A program made the position numbers and the translations under genes. The notes below the pieces were generated by a model that had not been told where the DNA came from, made no database searches, and was given only the letters and a program-made list of their open reading frames with translations. A DNA stretch of 63,293 nt, counting the filler, from Conidiobolus incongruus B7586 (Eukaryota), in assembly GCA_000697335.1 (NCBI GenBank). It is 12 parts of 12 records of this genome, joined end to end, with 100 filler letters (N's around TTAATTAATTAA, not from the genome) between each part and the next. Parts side by side here need not be neighbours in the genome. Positions count along the whole stretch, not along the records: positions 22,684 to 29,840 come from JNEM01006535.1; positions 29,941 to 43,592 come from JNEM01006536.1; 10 more parts are not named here. One strand, 5' to 3'. Below, one piece after another: positions 25,820 to 40,800 of the stretch; position 1 is the stretch's first letter, and each line of letters starts with the position of its first letter.

Positions 25820-28511
25820 ATTTTTTTAATATTGAATAAATGGATAATATTTTGTTTTATTCAATTGAGTTAAAATTAATTCAAATGATATAAACTATTT
25901 GTAGCAATAGAGTTTGAATTTATCAAATTGTGGTTATTTTTAGTTTATTATTAATCCAATTTATTTAGCATTCATAAAATTCAAAAGTCACTTCAAGTTG
26001 GTTAAATTTCATTGGTTGAAATCGTTATAATTGAATTAAAATATTACATATATTTTCTAGATCAAGATCTTTGGTATTGTATTAGTAAGGCTATATTCAT
26101 GATATATTTATCATTGTAGTCATAATATAATAAATCATTGGAATACTGAATATAATATGCCATTTACAGAAACATGTATTAGTGACTTAAAATTAATAAA
26201 TATGTTTTGAAAATGTGATAGATAGACATGTGGATATTTTGATTATCAAAACTATGTTATTAATTAGCAAACCAAATTCTAAAAAAATTTGATCTACAAT
26301 CAAACAAATTAATGATATTTTCCAATCATAGCATAACACTGTACTTGTTAGTAGTTCATCCACAATAATACAACAAATGTATTCTCTGGTAATTATATTG
26401 TCAATTGAAGTTGAACAATATTTCTCATAAAAGTGTATTTCTAAATAACCCAATAACTGATTGATTTTGATTTGAATTTCATCCAAATTGAAAAATCAAG
26501 ATATTTGAATACTCTGTTGGTATTAAAAAATCAAGTTTAGTCTTGATAAAATTTTTGAAACAAAATCCTTAATACTTTAAATACCTCTTTGCTCTAAGAA
26601 GTTCTCTTTGAAACGGACAATCCATAAAAATCCATAATTTTCAACTCCTGAAATGTCTCCGTTAACACTCTAGAATCGCAAGCTTTATTTGAAAAATCAA
26701 TTTATTGAACCTGATTCAGATAATATGAATAATTCAGTATAATAATACAATTAATAAATTTTCTTATATCTTAAAAACTGTCTGGATGTGATATGAGATT
26801 TGTGGGTTATAAGTTTGATAACTTACTGAGCCCTACTTAAAATACCATCAAATAAACATTACTATCCTCATTTTCAAAGCCTTAACAAATAATTTATTTA
26901 ACATTATTTAAATGTTGTCTAATTTCAACACCAGAACCACTAAGTATTACAAAATTTTATAATTCTTTATTGATTGAACTGGTTTCAATAAAAATAATTA
27001 ATACATCTCATTTAGATATTATATATTGGAATAGTCATTTGTATTAATAAGTGATAAGCTATTGAGTTTGTATGTTCCATTGATTAAAACATATGTACAT
27101 AATGTTAAAGTTATATATAACAATCTATCGGATTATATATTCAGTGCTAGCATATATGTGATAAAAAACATTTTAAATTTTGAATATAATAACATCATTT
27201 ATCAACTAAGTGATATTGAATTTCATCAGGAATGAACAAAATAGATTTGAATCAATAAAATAAAAGATTGACAATATTAACAAATCTCATATTAATTACA
27301 TTTAATATTGAAAAAATTTATAGAAAAAGCCTATATGAGTAAACCTTAAAATATTTCATTTATTTATATATTTTCAATCAGATATTCAAACACTAGTTAT
27401 ACTATATCAACCCTGTTACGAATTAATATAATTTCAAACTTTGACCAATGTTACTATTATTCAAAATGATGAATTAATTAAAATAAAGTTATTCAAAATT
27501 TTATAAAAAAGGATTAATAATAGTGATAATTTCTTAGAATTATTATTATCATTGTTATTACAGTAAAATATTAAGTAATTTTAAATTTTACAGTAATTCT
27601 CTAATTAAAAGTATAATATTAATAAATTTTACTCAAATAATTTTTATATTTAATTTACAAAATAATTTTCAATTAATTATACTTTTAGAGTTTGGTACTA
27701 AATGAGGGATTTGATCTAAAATTTAATCAATTGACTAGAAGTTTCTTTAAAAGAAAAAATAGTTTAGATTTATGCTAAGTTATTTTAGTTTTAGTCAGTC
27801 AATTAATTAAATATTTGTAAAAATTTCTTTTGTAATGATATATAAAAGAAAATAAATGCTATTTCATATTCTGTCTAAAAATTCTAGGTTGTTAAATTTT
27901 GAATTTTGAATGAAATTTAATGTTAAGTATAAATTAGTTAATTTATATTCAATCATCCAATCACATTCTATAAAATATAATTATAAATTAGGCTCAAGTT
28001 TACCCCATAAAATTTGTTAAAATAAATTTGCAAACATTCATTAATCGTTGTATATTACTAAATAAAGTGATTCCACCATATCATAAAAAGAATTTAACTC
28101 AAAATCTTTTGATTAAATATTATACTTAATGTATTGCTTGAATCAGATAGTTAATCATTAAAGAGTTCAATACTTTTAGTTATTAAATTATTAATTAGTT
28201 AGGGACTAAAGTTTATCCTTGCTCCTGACCATAAATTTTGAGCAAATACCTAAGTTATTTTTAGTAAAAACCTTAATTCAATTCAAGTTAAATCAAGTTA
28301 TTATCCACTGAACACTACATCCATTTTGATTTATATAACAATAAATAAATAAACACAAAAATGATATCATCAACATGTTTTGAAAAATTATACATTAAAA
28401 CTTGTTATTTTGTAATAGATAAAAGGATATTATATTAAGATTAATATAACCTTAGGCGTATAAAATTATATACAATTAAAATACTAATTTAAAATGAGGA
28501 ATATGCATACT

Positions 28512-29840
28512 TCACTGAATTTTTTTGATCAATTGAGCTTCTCGAACGATGTCAAGGTCGTTAGGATAATACATTTGTCGAATGTAGGATATAATGTACC
28601 TTGGTAACATTGAACCAACAATCGCAATTGGTATACCTAGCCAAAATCCTGCATTAGTCATAACTTCAACACCTACATAGTAGAAGGATCCATAGAATAT
28701 AATCGAATAAACTGGAATAAAAATAAATATAAGAGCAATACATAGCCAAGTCCAGAAATGCATAATCCAGGTCCAGTAACGACAATGGAATCCAATAAAT
28801 AGATTAGCAATAATGACAATTGCTACAGCGGTACTAGATGATTGATAGTAAAGCACACTATTTTTACCATTTGCATTTTCAACATTATCAACATGCAAAA
28901 GATGATAAATGAAATAGCAGAGAAGTGATTGGTAGAGACTGTCCAGTACATAAGTTAGGAACATGTAGGTATTGAAAAATCGTTGTTTGATACCAAGTTT
29001 GTAGACTTGAGGATATTTCAAATAATTTTCATAGCTAATAGGAAGATCCTGACCGCCCATGATAACTACTGTAGCAACAGTAAAGACTAAATTATACAAT
29101 GTAATCAAAGAATAATCAAAGAATAGATTGGATGAGAAAAGGCAGAAAAATTGGTACCAAAAAGCACTAACTGTCCAGACGATATTCTTATAAAAGAAAC
29201 AATTGATCATTTCGGAAACACGATGATAAGACATTTGGCCATGTGCTAATAACAGGTTGGAGAGGAATTTGAATTGCGAAATGGTATAATCTGATGCCAT
29301 CGAAGCCTGTAATCCTTCTTCACCAGCAATAGCTACCCCTACATGTGCCTGTTGAATCATACTAACATCGTTAGCTCCATCCCCAATGGAAAGAGTAATG
29401 GCTTTGTATCCTTTTTTAATCATATGGACAACTTGAGCTTTTTGTAAAGGACTAGTTCTACAACAAATTACTGAACCGAATATGGGTGCCAACTCTACAA
29501 GTGTCTTTAAACATTTCCTTCTATCAACAATATGCTTTAAAGCACCACCATCGATTACAATTGCATCATTTCCATCATGGAATTCTTTCCTTTTGATTTC
29601 TTCTGCAATGTGGAAGAAGTTTTCTTCGACCTGTTCGGCGTTACCATTAGCTACAGTATAGACTTTCATATCCTTGTTTAACAGACTACATGCGAATCCA
29701 ATGTTAATGGCAGTTTCCATTTTATCTCCGGTAAGTACCCAAACTCGAATTCCGGCAGTTCTCAAAGATTCGATACATTCAGGGACGCCTTCTTGAAGCT
29801 TATCTTCAATAGCTGTAGCTCCGAGAAGAGTTAATTCTGT
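28512..29840 (-). CDS. P4-type ATPase phospholipid flippase (Dnf1/Dnf2-like), C-terminal 442 aa; 5' part lost in gap
   Basis: LLGATAIEDKLQEGVP, WVLTGDKMETAINIG, SIGDGANDVSMIQ, GEEGLQA and FFYKN motifs followed by six hydrophobic segments. The frame is open up to the linker. Confidence 0.95.
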   Translation of the reverse strand, partial: TELTLLGATAIEDKLQEGVPECIESLRTAGIRVWVLTGDKMETAINIGFACSLLNKDMKVYTVANGNAEQVEENFFHIAEEIKRKEFHDGNDAIVIDGGALKHIVDRRKCLKTLVELAPIFGSVICCRTSPLQKAQVVHMIKKGYKAITLSIGDGANDVSMIQQAHVGVAIAGEEGLQASMASDYTISQFKFLSNLLLAHGQMSYHRVSEMINCFFYKNIVWTVSAFWYQFFCLFSSNLFFDYSLITLYNLVFTVATVVIMGGQDLPISYENYLKYPQVYKLGIKQRFFNTYMFLTYVLDSLYQSLLCYFIYHLLHVDNVENANGKNSVLYYQSSSTAVAIVIIANLFIGFHCRYWTWIMHFWTWLCIALIFIFIPVYSIIFYGSFYYVGVEVMTNAGFWLGIPIAIVGSMLPRYIISYIRQMYYPNDLDIVREAQLIKKIQ

Positions 29841-29940
29841 NNNNNNNNNNNNNNNNNNNNNNNNNNNNNNNNNNNNNNNNNNNNTTAATTAATTAANNNN
29901 NNNNNNNNNNNNNNNNNNNNNNNNNNNNNNNNNNNNNNNN

Positions 29941-31465
29941 TACTAATAACTTAATTAATATTTAATAAAATAAACCTAAATTAAATAATTAAAATCTATT
30001 ATATTTATTAATTATATATATCATTAAATTATGATATTTAGCTATTAATTGGTTAAAATATAAACCCTTAAATTTTACCTAGGGTGAGTTATAAATTTAT
30101 AGGTTTTTAGTGATAAAAAAAATTAATATTTAATATATCTATCTTTAGCTTTTCTAATTTCTTTAAGTTTGTAGGGTATAGAATCAATTAACTTTTTATA
30201 CTAAGAAGGGTTAATCTTGTTCTATGTTTCTTAAACATATTCTTAAAGTTGATCTAAATCTTTTATTAAAAGGAAAGCTTTAATAGCTTTTTTTAACTAA
30301 TCCTAAAAATATTCAATTAGATTAAAGTTAGGAGATTGAGGAAATTACTTTATAACTATTATCTTGTTATTTTCAAGTTATTTGATAATAGAAATTATAA
30401 TATAGCAAGAGGTATTATCTTATTAGAAAATAACATCAGATTTATTTAACCTATATTATTTAATAGTTTTTGTCAATTTATTGTTTAGAATATTTTAGTA
30501 TATTTCAATATTAATTTCCTTATTAACTTTACAAAGATATCTTACACCTAAAGACAACATATATCTCTAAATAATAATTAACCTATTATTGTACTTTTAG
30601 GTAAAATTAACATAATGGTTATAAAGTAGTTTTATATCTTTTCTAAAGTATTTAGCTTTTCTATTAGATTTATTAAGGTATATTTTTGTTTTATTAAACT
30701 AAATAACCTTACTTTAATTAGTTTTAGTTTAATATTAGTGGTAATATTTAAACTCTTGCTTAACTTTATAATGGGATTTTTTTAATTAGAGATGTTTTTT
30801 CTTAAGATATAAATGGTATCTATGCTAATATAAAGTATATATAATAGTATCAATGTTAACTAATATTCTTATATAGTTTTATAGTTCCTACTATATTTCT
30901 ACAATAATATTACATTTGCTTGTATTAAATAACCTATAGATATACCTTTTATAATATTTATCTATAATTTTAGCATACTTAAGTTTAAGTTTATATGTTT
31001 CTTTATTTTTATTCTTAATAGCTTTAACTATAGTAGACTAGCTAACACTAGTAATTCTAGCAATATCATAAGTTGATTTATTTTCTTTATAAAGTTGATT
31101 AATATATAAGTAGATTTTTTTAGAAAGGGATTTAAGTATAATAATACTAATAAAAAATATTTAGTATATCTGTAAAATATTATATAAAATAATAACAAAA
31201 AGAGAAAAAAGATATGGTTATATATTGTTAAATATATCCCCTTATCTTAAAAACTTGCAAATTTATAACTCACCTTGGTTAAATATTAAAGATTAATACT
31301 TTTGCTAATAGTTTACTAAATATATCTAAATATATTTATTTATTATTAAATAATATACCTTAATTATATATTATAGTTTCAAATAATCTAATATATACAA
31401 TTGTTTTAGTTATTAATTAAAATATATATATTTTTGATTTTATAACTTATTTTTGTGGGTTAGTA
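29941..31465 (-). mobile_element. Near full-length Tc1 copy, more mutated
   Basis: Co-linear with 58000-59525. Ends in the TIR plus TA. Confidence 0.92.
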
Positions 31466-34400
31466 TATATATAATTATATTTATTTCAATTATTATCAAA
31501 ATAATCTAATATATATAATCCTATAAATATATTTTTATTTCACTTAATAAAAGAATACAAAAATAATAAAATATATTTTAATAATAGTTTAATATATAAA
31601 TATTTATAGCTAGATAAAGCCAATAATAAAATAATTAATAATTCTTATATTAAATGATTTTATTTGATAAATATATATATTAAATTATTGGTTTAATAAC
31701 ACAAAATATATAATTAATAGAAAAAATCTAATTTATAAATCTTGATAAAAATATTTTTTAATTATAGGTCAAATTATTTATTATATTAAGTTATATTGTA
31801 ATATAGCCTGTATATCTAGCTATTAATGAAATATATACTAATAATAATTATTAGTATAATTTTTAAATAAATAATTTATTAAATAATATATATATTGATT
31901 AAAATACTTATTTTTTCTATTATTATTAATATATAATAGAATATACTAAAATTATAAAATATTTTTTATTTAGAAATAATTAAAAAATAGATAATATTTA
32001 GTATATTTAAGAAATTATATTATATATGATTATAATGGCTTATGGCAATTAAAAGAAATACTTGCAAAAAAAGAATACTTGCAAATAAATTAAATCAGTT
32101 TATAAATACCCAAATCTTTATTTTTAATAAAATTATTTTTAAGTATCAAAAATTTGTTCAAAATATGATAATAAGATAATTATATTAAAAAATATTAGCT
32201 TTATGTAGTTTATTTATTTTTATAGATTATATAGGATATATTTTTAATTTACAATTTAAAATTAATATATTAATTAATAATTATAGTAATAATTCTTTAA
32301 ATTGTCATTTTTTTACAAGATATATATTGATTTATTAATATAATTAAATAATTCAAAAATAGAATTTTTAAAATTAATCAAGATAAAGATTCAAACTAAA
32401 TTATTATAACAAGCTTTTTTAAATGTTAATACATATATATAGCCCTTTAAAATTAAAAATTAAAAATCAAAACGCATTTTAAAATAACTCTTTTAATTAA
32501 TTATTTATTATATAAATTATGATTATTATGCAAATTCCAATCATTCATTAAATTGAAATAAAATATATCATGAATTTATTGAAATAATCTACACAAAAAA
32601 ATTCAAATCAATATTGTAATTTATTATTTTTAATTTGTTTAAAATGAAAATAGGAATATTATCAAATTTTTACATAAAAAGTATTTTACTTTTCTCAAAA
32701 ATAATACATTATTAGCTATACATTTCATATATTATTTATGATTCAACTATCAAATCAAATAATAAGTTTGATTTGCAAAAATGATCAATAATTTCCTTTT
32801 AATGGAGGTGTTATAAACATCTCTCTGGTTAAAAAAATATTATATTTTTAGACTATATTAAATGAACTGTTTAGTAGTATGATTTACGCTTATATTTCCG
32901 GTGAATATATTACTCTTTATATTATAATTAACCACGAATATAAGAGGAAATATTAATTTAATTATATTTAAATTAAAATATTAAAAATTTATAAAATTTT
33001 ATTTGTCTATATTTGAAAACGGTATTTCCAAATATAGACCATGAGAAAATATTAATTTACAATTTCAGACTATTACTTGTGAAAAATAATTATTTTCCCC
33101 ATTAAATTAATTATATTTCCGATTCATTATAAAAGATTCAATTGTCAACCAATCGATTATGATGAGATTAATCGGTCGAATATAATAGGTTGAAAATGTT
33201 TTCTATTTAAGGAATTCAATTTGATCCATATATGTCAATATTTTAAACAATATTTGCTTAATATAGTTGAAATGCCCATTATTTAGTCAATAAAATTTAT
33301 AAATTTAATTATTGTTAAACCTGAAAATTATCTTATATTTTGGTTAAAATAGTATATAAAATTAAAATAGAATTATACTAAAATAATTGCATATGTCCAA
33401 TATCCCAAATATAAATTCGAAATCGGAATAAGAACAATTGAGTTTAATTTTATTTTTAAATCATTTGACTCAAAAAATTTTAATAGTTAGTAGATATAAT
33501 TAAAATTATATACTCTAAAATATATTTCATAACTCAAATAATAGCCTAGTTGATTTTATTTATACATTGTTTCTTAAAGAAATTAATTTTGCTATAATTA
33601 TATTTTAAATATTAAAATTAGAGCAAAAAAATTATTTTGATAATGTTAATAAAATATTAATGAATATAAAATTATAATTATTCTAAGGATGATGTGAATA
33701 TAAAATATGTTTAAAAAATTATTCATAGTGAAAAAGGTAATAATCTAATTATGGTCTATTTTCTTATTTATGAATGAATGGTAAAGAATAATGATAAAAT
33801 TACAAACATTATGAGATAGCAAACATTTGACTTATTTGATCTTTGGAAAACCAGGTAAATATATATAGTATTTCACTTAATAACAGTCAATTTTATTAAA
33901 TTTGTAAATTTTTCACGAAATTGGTAAATCATTAGAATATCCAATTTATACTATTAAATTTTTTACTAAATTCTATTGAATTTCATTATTTAAAGTAGTA
34001 TACTAATAAAAGTATTTTATCAAATTCTATATCAAAGCTAGTTTAATCAATATTCAATTTTAATGTCCAAAATCTATTTTCAGGATATTAAAATTATAAA
34101 TGATACTATTATATATATATTACAAATCTTGGCGTGCTTTGAATATACTTTTTTATAATTATTTTTTTATTTCCAAATTTTAATTAAGATTTGAATTGAC
34201 TGAAGTGCAAATTATTTTAATAAGCAAATTATAAGCAAAGTGACCTTATTTTAATACAAATAATTCACAAATTATATCAAACTTGGATATACAAGTGGGT
34301 ATCGACGAATTCCAGGTTTTGTATTTAATTCCAATAATTTAATGCATGTGATTAATTGCAAACTAGGCATGTTTAATAGGTCCACATATTTCATAATTAA

Positions 34401-37143
34401 ATATTGTTAATTGATTAAAAAGGACCGCGCATTTCTTCCTTTTATAGATTGATTATTGCCAGATTTAGTTACCATTTGTATTTAATCGGTTTTCTAGATC
34501 AATGGATAAAGATATCAGGTATAATTAATAAATTGAGTTTAATCCTGACAATCGAGTTCTATATTGATATAAAGTTATCTAGTTATATAGTGAAAAAATT
34601 AAAATACTAAATTATCATAAAATATTTTACAATTAATGACATAGTTGACTTGGATATTATAATATCACTATACCTTATTCAAAATGCTTTTAAAATGCTA
34701 GTTACAGAATAATTCTTTCCATTCAAAATATATTTAAATGTACATTGAAATTCAAAATACATTAAATAATATATTGAAATATCAAAATTCAGTTTAATTG
34801 TAAAAATATGGTGAAATTATTGTATATTTCATTTTATTTGAATTTGATAGAGCAATTGGTAAATCTATTGATATACAATTTTTGAAAACACTTAATTGAT
34901 TTCAATATTGTTTTGAGAACTCTAAAAGTTTTGCAAATTGAATTAAAAATTTAGTATAATAAAGTTGTTTCAATATTGTTGGAAATCGCATTACTATTAC
35001 AACTGGAATTAATGGTATTATAAAAATAAAATACTGAAGTTTAGATTTACCTATTAAATATAGATAATTATAAAACCTGTATTATTTAATACATTCTATT
35101 GGCCGATAATAGTTTTGAAAACTGGTTATATTTTACCACATTTTTTTAATTTTAACTAGATTTTGGTTATTGATTTCAAAGGAGGCGGATAACAGTTGAA
35201 TTTATAGCTTAGATATCAAGATTAATATATTTCAAAAAAATTCAAGCCGAAGATTTAGCTAATTGATTTACTAACTTATATAGGAAAAAATCTCAATACA
35301 AACTAAATGCTTAAAGGATCTAGACGAATAATATGCGGTTTATTCATATCTAATACAATCTGCCAATCTAGAAAATATTTTGATCAAAATCTGATAATAG
35401 TGTTATTGGCGTATGTTTACTTGTATTTGAACCGTAGAAGACATTTTTTGGAAATCTTTTATTATACTCTTTGTATGATTGTTTATAAAAAGAAACAATA
35501 AATATATAATAAACCATTTACGCTATTTAAATTCAATAATTCCATCTAAGAAATAGACTCCGAAATCTAAATATCTTGAAAGACATAAATAAGTTGAACG
35601 ATATATTATATATATTCTAAAAGTTAGAATATAGTTTGCATATCATTTTAGTAATATATTGACAAAATTATCTATATCATCGTTTAATATTACTTTAAAC
35701 CTCAATACACTATTATATATTTTTTAGGAAACAGCAATATTCATATTTCTTTCAATTTATGTTAATATAAATTCTTTTAGAAGACAACTTGTAAAATATT
35801 TATTAAATTAATGTTCTTTATAAAAAACATTTAACTAGTATCAGATATTCATAGTTTTTAGTTTATTAGGCTATTCTAATATTCTTGTAATAGGGGTACT
35901 TATGAAAAAAAATAATTCTCTACAATTGTGAAAATTGGATATCCAGATCAAACTTTAAAGTAGATATCTAGAACTAATATTCATTAGATTATATATTACT
36001 AACATCGATGTATAAATAAAACTTTCTTCGTATCATATCACTACAGAACAAATTTCAATTTGTAGATTGCAATTAAACATCCCTCTGAAAAGTTGACTGT
36101 ACAGAACTTATCAAAAGTACCAAATTATTTGGAGGGTTCATAATTGTATTAACCTATATCATACAAAAGCTTGAGTTAACAATATTGATTATAATATCAA
36201 TAAAATTTCCTTTCTATAAAGTTATAAATTTTGAATAAATTATTTATTTAGCATTATTCATCAATATTGAAAAATTTAAAATATTAAATTATTTAGTAAA
36301 TTAGCGAAAATACTAATTAATAATTTTTGAAAGAAGAATATAAAAGATTCTTTTATATTTTTAAAATTATTAACCAAAGATTAATTTGATTTTTAATATT
36401 ATAGTATCCATAAATTATTATAATTATTATAATTTATAGAATTCTTTCCAATAATTTCAAATTGTAACCAGTTAATTTGAAATTCAAGTAATGAACAAAA
36501 TATTCTTTATCCATTAAACTCACAAATAATGAAAGAAACATTACTGGTTCGTTGAATTACTAAATTTGGTATTTTTTCAAGATAGTGGATTAGAACTTGA
36601 TAGTAAATTGTAAGTGACTGATATATTTTAAATTGTAATCTTTCATAAATTTATCATTATTTAAATTTACAGTATATTTTATACAATATATTTTCAAATA
36701 ATTATGTTCTAGTTTAGTAATTAATATATAATTATATACTCTTTGATAATATTTAAGATGCTGTATTTAATGAAAACTATTCATATATTTCTTTTCATTA
36801 GAAATAATATTTTTGAAGATACTAGGTACTTGGTGTATATTGAATTCATGATGAGTAAATTTTTTCAAAAAGTTACAAGCTGGGTTTGATAGCGAACCAA
36901 ATATCTATTTTAATCGCATATTTACACCCTAGTACTAATATAGAAATTTTATAATTAAATTATACTCAATCTAGCCAATGGGATTATTTTTTTATAATGG
37001 TGTGTGGATTATATACCAAAGTAATATGAGAAAGAAATGTATAAAAAGGGGGACTTGGGAATAGAAAATGATGTATAATATTAATTTATTATCTCAACCA
37101 TTCTATATTTATTGTATTTTTAATTGAATTCAATTGTATTATA

Positions 37144-37857
37144 ATGCCTAAAACCGCTTCTAAAGTCAAATCAAGTAAATCCAACAAGCAATCTTATATA
37201 CCGGATCCTTCTTCTGATGAATCAGTAGCCCCAAGGCCTTGCGATAGATGTCGCAAGCATAGAATCAGATGTGACAGAAATCCTAATCAATGCCATCATT
37301 GCAAGAGGAAGAATGTGGATTGTACCTATTTAGATACTCCAAAGAAAAGAGGTCCCAAATCCAGAATTGATTTGGCTTTTGAACCTTACCTCAATAGCAC
37401 AAGCAATAATCTTATATCTGATAATAACACACAAGGATCATTACCTATCGAATCTATTTGTAAAAACAAAGAAGAATGTAACTCTTGTGACCTCTCATCT
37501 AAAATTAATGATCCTATGATGATTAATATAAGTCCCATTGACAATCAATGGATATATCAGCCACCTTATCACCCTAATCTATTCAATTTGATATCGTTCC
37601 CTATAGATAATTCTCTAATTTATATGAACAAATTTGATCCAGCAATGACCTATCCACAAGAAATATTTAAACTTTCTAGTTTGAATTGGAATGAATATAT
37701 GCTGAATATGAATGGATTATTAACAAATCTTAATTCGCAACATTCACTTTATTCAAACTCTAATTTTGATTCATTAACTCCTGATTTTTGGTTAACTATC
37801 TCTAATATTAATTCAAATCCTCCTCTAACTTCTGATGTGACTTCGCATTTACTTTGA
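37144..37857 (+). CDS. Small Zn(II)2Cys6 transcription factor (237 aa)
   Basis: CDRCRKHRIRCDRNPNQCHHCKRKNVDC followed by PKKRGPK. N/S-rich C-terminus. Confidence 0.88.
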   Translation: MPKTASKVKSSKSNKQSYIPDPSSDESVAPRPCDRCRKHRIRCDRNPNQCHHCKRKNVDCTYLDTPKKRGPKSRIDLAFEPYLNSTSNNLISDNNTQGSLPIESICKNKEECNSCDLSSKINDPMMINISPIDNQWIYQPPYHPNLFNLISFPIDNSLIYMNKFDPAMTYPQEIFKLSSLNWNEYMLNMNGLLTNLNSQHSLYSNSNFDSLTPDFWLTISNINSNPPLTSDVTSHLL

Positions 37858-40800
37858 GAGTAATAAACTGCGTTATCTTCTTTGGTCAATTTCTAATTGA
37901 AAATATATATATATATATAATTATCTATTTTTAATACTGATGGAACACAAAGAAACTTTATTGTGAAATATTATTGATGTATTAGTTTATTTTTTTGTAT
38001 TTTAAAGAAATCATTCTTATTTATAATAGTTATTTGGCTCAATTCCTTAATAGTTAAAATTATGGAAAACCATTTTTGAATTAATTCTATAAGTATCCTT
38101 TTCATAAAACTGGTTTTTTAAAATGAATATTTAAATAAAAAATGAACTATATTTAGAAGTATATATTTGATGTTAAGCAATATTTTTATAATATTATAGC
38201 TTGTAAGAAATTTATCTATAAATCATATATTTTTAAGGATAATAATTGAATAATTTATTTTATAAATTTATTTTATAAATTTATTATTTTTTTTCAATTT
38301 TAAATATTAAACTATATATTGTTTTAATAGTTATAATAAAATTGAATATTCATCTAATTAAGATTTTGAAAAATTAAATTGATAAAGTTTCTCAGTAATA
38401 CTAAATGTTATCTTATCCATATATTCTTTAAAATTATTTAAATTATATAGAATAAAAGAAAAAAATATCTAAACTAATGAATATATCATGTAGTTTTGAA
38501 ATATATTAATAATATTCAATTATAAATACTGATTAACTTGTTTAAATTGGATGTAACCCTATCAAGTGTATTAATGAATTTAATTAACTATAAATAAAAT
38601 AATATTATATTTTTAAGAATAAGATCTTTGATTTATTTTAATATATTTGATATTTTTAATTTCTCCATTAATATAAAGAGTTTTTTATTATTATCTAAAT
38701 ATGATCATTATAATATTGGAAATATTAATAGCAAAATGATGTTTATTTTAAATAATTTTGAAACAACATTTTTATTGAATATTTTGAAATTTTTATATAA
38801 ATATAAATACTTCAATTGGTAGCTATAGTCAGAAATTTTTATTTGATGATATTTCCTCAAATATCAGTTTTCTATTAATATATTTAAATAAAGTAAATAT
38901 ATATTTTATACAAAAGTTTATATTTGATAATTGAATAGAATGATAAAATAAATTAGTTAATAATATTTAATAAAAATTAATTATATGAAAATTATATACT
39001 TAATATATAAAAATATATCTATTACAAAGTTTATTATAATATTATTTTAGATATAATTATTTTATCTACATTTATTATGGTAAAATCATATAGTTTTATT
39101 ATTTAATTTTGTAAAACTATATTGAATATTGATTTATTTATGTTAAATACTGAATAAATGAATTTCTTGAATTTTTGGAAATACAAAATTGTCAATATTT
39201 TATATAGGCCAAAAATAGAAGTATGAAAAAAAATATAGTACAATAATTAATTTTGGAAATAAACATATAATTGTAATCAATATTAATCAATAAATATCTA
39301 TACGATATTAGTTAAACAAATTTAAAAATTTATAACACAAATTAGTATTGAGATAAGATATTAATTCCAATAGTTATATTTAAATTGTCGTAAGCATTTT
39401 TGTTTGTAAATTTTTATATAAAGTTTAAATATATTAATTTCTTGGTATTTATAATGAAGGGTCAAGAGATTTTACATTGAAATGAATATTATTGATGAAA
39501 AACAAGAATCAAGATTCGGAAAACTACAATATAATAGGAAATCTATCATTTTATTTTTGAATTAATTAAATATTCCATATTATCCGGATTATATAAAATT
39601 ATCCAGTTACAAATATTATTGATAAAATATAATAATTAAATAATTCATAAGTTGATTTCAGCATCCGATTTACCTGATTTTCGATACCAGTATTTTAATA
39701 TATATGTTAAAAAGCGATATTCAGATACACAAGTTACCGAAATATTTTTAACTGAAAAATTAATGAAAATTTCGAAAAAGTAATATTTACTAACATTCTT
39801 GGGTTTTAATTTAGAAATAATAAATTCCTTTTCCAACTAAATTCAATATTTTAAAATATAAAATTTTGAATATCACATTATTTTAAATTTTAAAATTATA
39901 ATTACAATACTGTTTAGAAATTTATTATATGATTTGTTATACAAAATAAAAAACATATATTACTTTCTTTATACTTAATCTTTTTTAAATTATTATATTA
40001 TTATTCTTAAATCAAACAAATATGTATTAATTTCATTGTTAACATTTTGTTTGATAATTAAATTCAATTTGATTATTAATTATAATTATATAAAATATTG
40101 AAAATTTGATCAATATTAATACTAAGTTGGTAAAATTTAACCTATCCATAAAACTAATTATATATTTAACTTCTTGTAATATACGTTAAAAATTACAAAT
40201 ACTTATCAGTTTGAATTATTATAAAAATATTAGAAATTAATATTTTTATATATTTATATTGAATAAGTCAACAAATGAAGCACCAAAGTAATTTACAGTT
40301 TGACATATTGATTTATTAGATAAAATATTGATAGCGTTAAGCAAACTAAGATTCTGACTGTTGATAATAAATTTCAGGTATTTTATTCGGTTTTTGAGTA
40401 TATAACTTTATATAAATTTATTACAATAATACAGCTTTATATATGAATAAGCATTGCATATAATAATAATCTGTATACCAAATTACATTCTAACATAATT
40501 TTAATACCATATTTGCAATTTAATTATTTTTTCCAAAAATATTAAATTATTAAATTAATATAACTATTTTCATTATATTTGTTATAAAAATAAATATATA
40601 TTTTATTTTTAGGAATCAATAATTAGATTATTATATTAGTATGTTAATCAAGTTTATTATAACCATATATTCCAATTTATAGATACTAATGTTTAAATTA
40701 ATCTATATTATATTAGCCTTATTATTTGAAAAATTGTTGGTTAGAATATGTATAAAAAAAATGTATTTATTAAATATATCGTATATATTTTAGGTTGACA

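Noticed and set aside
26193..26700. 97-aa ORF and slightly GC-richer flank as a gene or pseudogene
   Set aside because: Non-ATG start and no recognisable motif in the frames I translated. An old relic cannot be excluded.
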